Below are positions 14,148 to 15,774 of a stretch of 15,774 nucleotides of DNA, one piece after another. The translations under genes and the position numbers were made by a program. The notes beneath the pieces were generated by a model. The model had not been told where the DNA came from. It ran no database searches and saw only the letters and a list, made by a program, of their open reading frames with translations. The stretch lies in assembly GCA_036507075.1 (NCBI GenBank), contig DASXQR010000094.1, forward strand, positions 1 through 15,774, given 5' to 3'. Numbering within the stretch: the stretch's first letter is position 1; the number at the start of each line of letters is the position of its first letter. This DNA comes from Acidobacteriota bacterium (GTDB lineage: Bacteria; Acidobacteriota; UBA6911; JACQSX01).

Positions 14148-15572
14148 ATGAGAAAGCTTCTCTGTTTCACCTCGTTTCTTTCCCTCCTGCTTGTGGTCCC
14201 CACTGCGGCGCTGCCGGGTTCTGCGGCCGGCGCCGAGACGCCCGATTGGAGGGCGGGGCTTGCCAAGATTGTAATTACACCAGACGAGCCGATCTGGATG
14301 TCCGGTTACGCGCAGCGTAATAAACCGTCCGAAGGGAAGATTCACGATTTGCACGCCAAAGCGTTGGCATTGCAGGACACGCGGAGAAATCGTCTGGTGC
14401 TGGTGACCACTGACCTGCTTGGCCTTCCCAGAAGCCTTTCCGATTCGATTGCGCGGCAGGTTGAAGCCAGATACCGATTACCGCGTGCGAATCTGGTTCT
14501 CAGTTCTTCTCACACGCACACGGGCCCCGTGGTCCGGCAGTCTCTGGTAGGTTCCTACGGGCTCGATGCGGAGCAGAGCGCACGCGTGCAGCGGTACGGG
14601 GAGAAGTTGCAGGAAAAAATCGTGACAGTAGTGGGAGAGGCGCTGGCCAATCTCACCCCGGCCAAGGTCTCCTTCGGCCGGGCCGAGGCACACTTTGGCG
14701 TCAATCGCCGAGAGCCCACCGCTGCGGGCGTGAAGCTGGGGATCAACCGCAATGGACCGGTAGATCCCGACGTGTTTCTGCTGCGGGTGGACGCGCCCGA
14801 AGGCCGGCTTCGCTCGATTGTGATGAGTTATGCATGCCATAACACCACGCTTACGGGAAATTTTTATCAGATTGCCGGAGATTACTCCGGTTTTGCACAG
14901 GAGACACTCGAGCGGACGTATCCGGAAGCGCTCGCGCTTTTCGTGATGGGTTGCGGTGGCGACATAGATCCACAACCACGCGGCACACTCGATCTGGCGC
15001 GGCAGCACGGCGAAGAGCTAGCCGGCGCCGTCAAGAAAGCGCTGCAGGGATCCTTTTCGCCGGTGCGAGGACCCTTGAAGGCACGCTTCGAGCGTTTCAT
15101 GATCCCGCTGGCGCCTTCGCCCAGCAGGGAAGAGTACCAGGCGCGATTAAACGACAGAGACGTCTTCATCAAGAGGCACGCCGAGCGCATGATCGCGCGC
15201 ATGGAGGGCGCCAGGGACGCCTCATTCAAGACCATCGGCATTAGGGATGGGCGTCTCTTGAGCGAATACCCCTACACGCTGCAAGTGCTCCAGTTTGGGA
15301 AAGATCTTACTGTTGTGGCACTGGCAGGGGAGGTGGTTGTCGACTATGCTTTGAGATTGAAGCGGGAACTGGGATCGCAGGGGCTGTGGGTTGCAGCTTA
15401 TTGTAATGATGTTTTTGCCTACATCCCGTCCGCACGCGTCCTGAAAGAAGGCGGTTACGAGGCGGACCGGTCGATGATCTACTACGATATGCCCGGCCCC
15501 TGGGCTCCCCAGATCGAGGAGATCATCATCCAACGCGTTCACCGCCAGGTCCGTCATGTCGGGCGGCAGTGA
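14148..15572 (+). CDS. Secreted neutral/alkaline ceramidase N-terminal-domain-like metallohydrolase
   Basis: Signal-peptide-like N-terminus. WRAGLAKIVITP, MSGY, HDLHAKALAL, SSHTHTGP, YACHNT, GDYSG, GCGGD, LAGEVVVDY, AYIPS, EGGYE. AAGGAG SD upstream. Confidence 0.8.
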   Translation: MRKLLCFTSFLSLLLVVPTAALPGSAAGAETPDWRAGLAKIVITPDEPIWMSGYAQRNKPSEGKIHDLHAKALALQDTRRNRLVLVTTDLLGLPRSLSDSIARQVEARYRLPRANLVLSSSHTHTGPVVRQSLVGSYGLDAEQSARVQRYGEKLQEKIVTVVGEALANLTPAKVSFGRAEAHFGVNRREPTAAGVKLGINRNGPVDPDVFLLRVDAPEGRLRSIVMSYACHNTTLTGNFYQIAGDYSGFAQETLERTYPEALALFVMGCGGDIDPQPRGTLDLARQHGEELAGAVKKALQGSFSPVRGPLKARFERFMIPLAPSPSREEYQARLNDRDVFIKRHAERMIARMEGARDASFKTIGIRDGRLLSEYPYTLQVLQFGKDLTVVALAGEVVVDYALRLKRELGSQGLWVAAYCNDVFAYIPSARVLKEGGYEADRSMIYYDMPGPWAPQIEEIIIQRVHRQVRHVGRQ

Positions 15573-15579
15573 GGGGTTT

Positions 15580-15774
15580 GAGGGACGGAGGGATTGAGGG
15601 ACGGAGGGATGGAGGGATGGAGGGATTGAGGGACGGAGGGATTGAGGGACGGAGGAATTTGGAGACTGCGGGATTGAGGAAATAAGGTCTCATATCGGCT
15701 GCTGAGTTTTTTTCTCCCTGCATCTCTTCGTCTTTCCGTCAACTCCCTCTCTCCGTTCTTCAATCCCTCCATCC
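15580..15774. repeat. (GAGGGAYK)x9 tandem array (15580-15651), with the complementary arm (TCAATCCC/TCCATCC) beginning at the window end
   Basis: Read directly. Same family as 1-150. Confidence 0.95.

Noticed and set aside
1..15774. Same repeat family at both window ends suggesting a circular or terminally repeated element
   Set aside because: There is no exact terminal overlap, the genes are chromosomal housekeeping types, and no integrase or transposase is present. More likely these are assembly breaks at repeats.

Overview
GC-rich bacterial chromosomal segment dominated by a polyphosphate/phosphate-homeostasis neighbourhood. On the + strand it carries ppx/gppA-ppk1-sixA, then DUF47(PhoU-like)-pit. 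Divergently on the - strand lie a two-HKD phospholipase-D-family protein, a secreted PFA-DSP/Siw14-like Cys-phosphatase, arsR-arsM and a metallophosphoesterase-CHAD fusion. The cluster is flanked by a Tat-exported DmpA/P1 peptidase and a secreted ceramidase-like hydrolase. The most striking unexplained feature is a ~254-nt stand-alone, highly base-paired non-coding RNA candidate (1619-1872). It has its own sigma70-type promoter, two long GAAA-capped arms and an internally duplicated junction motif giving two-fold pseudo-symmetry, and I cannot match it to an RNA family I know. Almost every intergenic spacer also carries paired, often nested, inverted arms built from 7-9-mer microsatellites.
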